DNA of 13,878 nucleotides from a virus (Duplodnaviria; Heunggongvirae; Uroviricota; Caudoviricetes): IMG/VR virus record IMGVR_UViG_2529293142_000032, positions 1 to 13,878 of that record; one strand, 5' to 3'. Shown piece by piece: positions 13,420 to 13,878 of this stretch (position 1 is its first letter; each line of letters starts with the position of its first letter). The notes under the pieces were generated by a model. It saw only the letters and a program-made list of their open reading frames with translations, ran no database searches and was not told where the DNA came from. The position numbers and the translations under genes were made by a program.

Positions 13420-13878
13420 TTATTTTTTATCTTTTTCATGGTTCGATATAATTTCTTCAAAAAAGTCATTAAGCAATAACTCAACACCAACCCTAGTAAG
13501 TTTGTCTGCGTGATTACGCATTCCGACATGGTACAATGCAACTGCTGAATTTAAAGTATCGACAACCTGACAAGAGAGTTTACTATCAAATATTAAAAAA
13601 CCACATGAATCCATTCTTATAGCTAATTCAATAGGATATTGCTCGATTTCTCTTAATTCTAAACCATAACACAAAAGAAATTCTCTTGTTGGATACTTTG
13701 ATTTATAAAAATAATCTCTTATATCATCAATCAAGCGTTTTATAGCCTCTATGGTGGAGTTTTTCGGGGATAAAGATACAGGAACGTTTAAAACTGAAGA
13801 GTCTCGCCCACCAGTAATTAAATCATTCATAACCGAATAAATAATATATTGTTTTACCGATATATTGTTATCACCCAT
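13420..13878 (-). CDS. Hypothetical protein (at least 152 aa), AT-rich; may extend beyond the window
   Basis: Long ORF in a markedly AT-rich segment. Its first Met codon is the last 3 nt of the window, so the true start is uncertain. Confidence 0.5.
   Translation of the reverse strand: MGDNNISVKQYIIYSVMNDLITGGRDSSVLNVPVSLSPKNSTIEAIKRLIDDIRDYFYKSKYPTREFLLCYGLELREIEQYPIELAIRMDSCGFLIFDSKLSCQVVDTLNSAVALYHVGMRNHADKLTRVGVELLLNDFFEEIISNHEKDKK

Noticed and set aside
13356-13541. 61-aa minus-strand ORF
   Set aside because: It overlaps the 3' part of the longer 152-aa ORF in another frame within AT-rich sequence, and is most likely spurious.
1-13878. Searched by eye for an integrase, tRNA (attachment site), capsid or terminase large-subunit genes, and P2 or lambda cos sites
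   Set aside because: None was recognised. The window appears to cover only the replication, regulation and cargo portion, so the element type (P4-like satellite, PICI or other island) cannot be fixed without flanking sequence.

Overview
Most likely an enterobacterial (E. coli-like) P4-family satellite / integrative-island segment, read from sequence only with no database search. At the left edge sits a partial IS256-family insertion sequence (IS1414-like) whose transposase gene carries an out-of-frame 38-codon ORF matching the EAST1 enterotoxin gene astA. The core is a leftward replication unit, read in transcription order: two small genes, an alpha-like primase/helicase (Walker A GPGGSGKS), an iteron-type ori with about 8 perfect TGTTCACC octamers, an 81-aa gene, an SSB-like gene, a ProQ/FinO-domain gene and a PerC-like gene, ending at a back-to-back terminator pair. 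Several of these genes are linked by ATGA stop/start overlaps. Regulatory genes include an AlpA/excisionase-family HTH gene, two ribbon-helix-helix genes with palindromic operators, and two PerC-like paralogs. Cargo of unknown function includes a four-gene operon with two tandem ~220-aa paralogs, and an AT-rich block at the right edge. Two genes (SSB-like and an HTH gene) are broken by single-base homopolymer frameshifts. Two unusually structured non-coding regions are candidate small RNAs or protein-binding sites. No integrase, tRNA, CRISPR array or capsid genes were seen. The most interesting candidate for an undescribed system is the paralog operon at 5186..7123.
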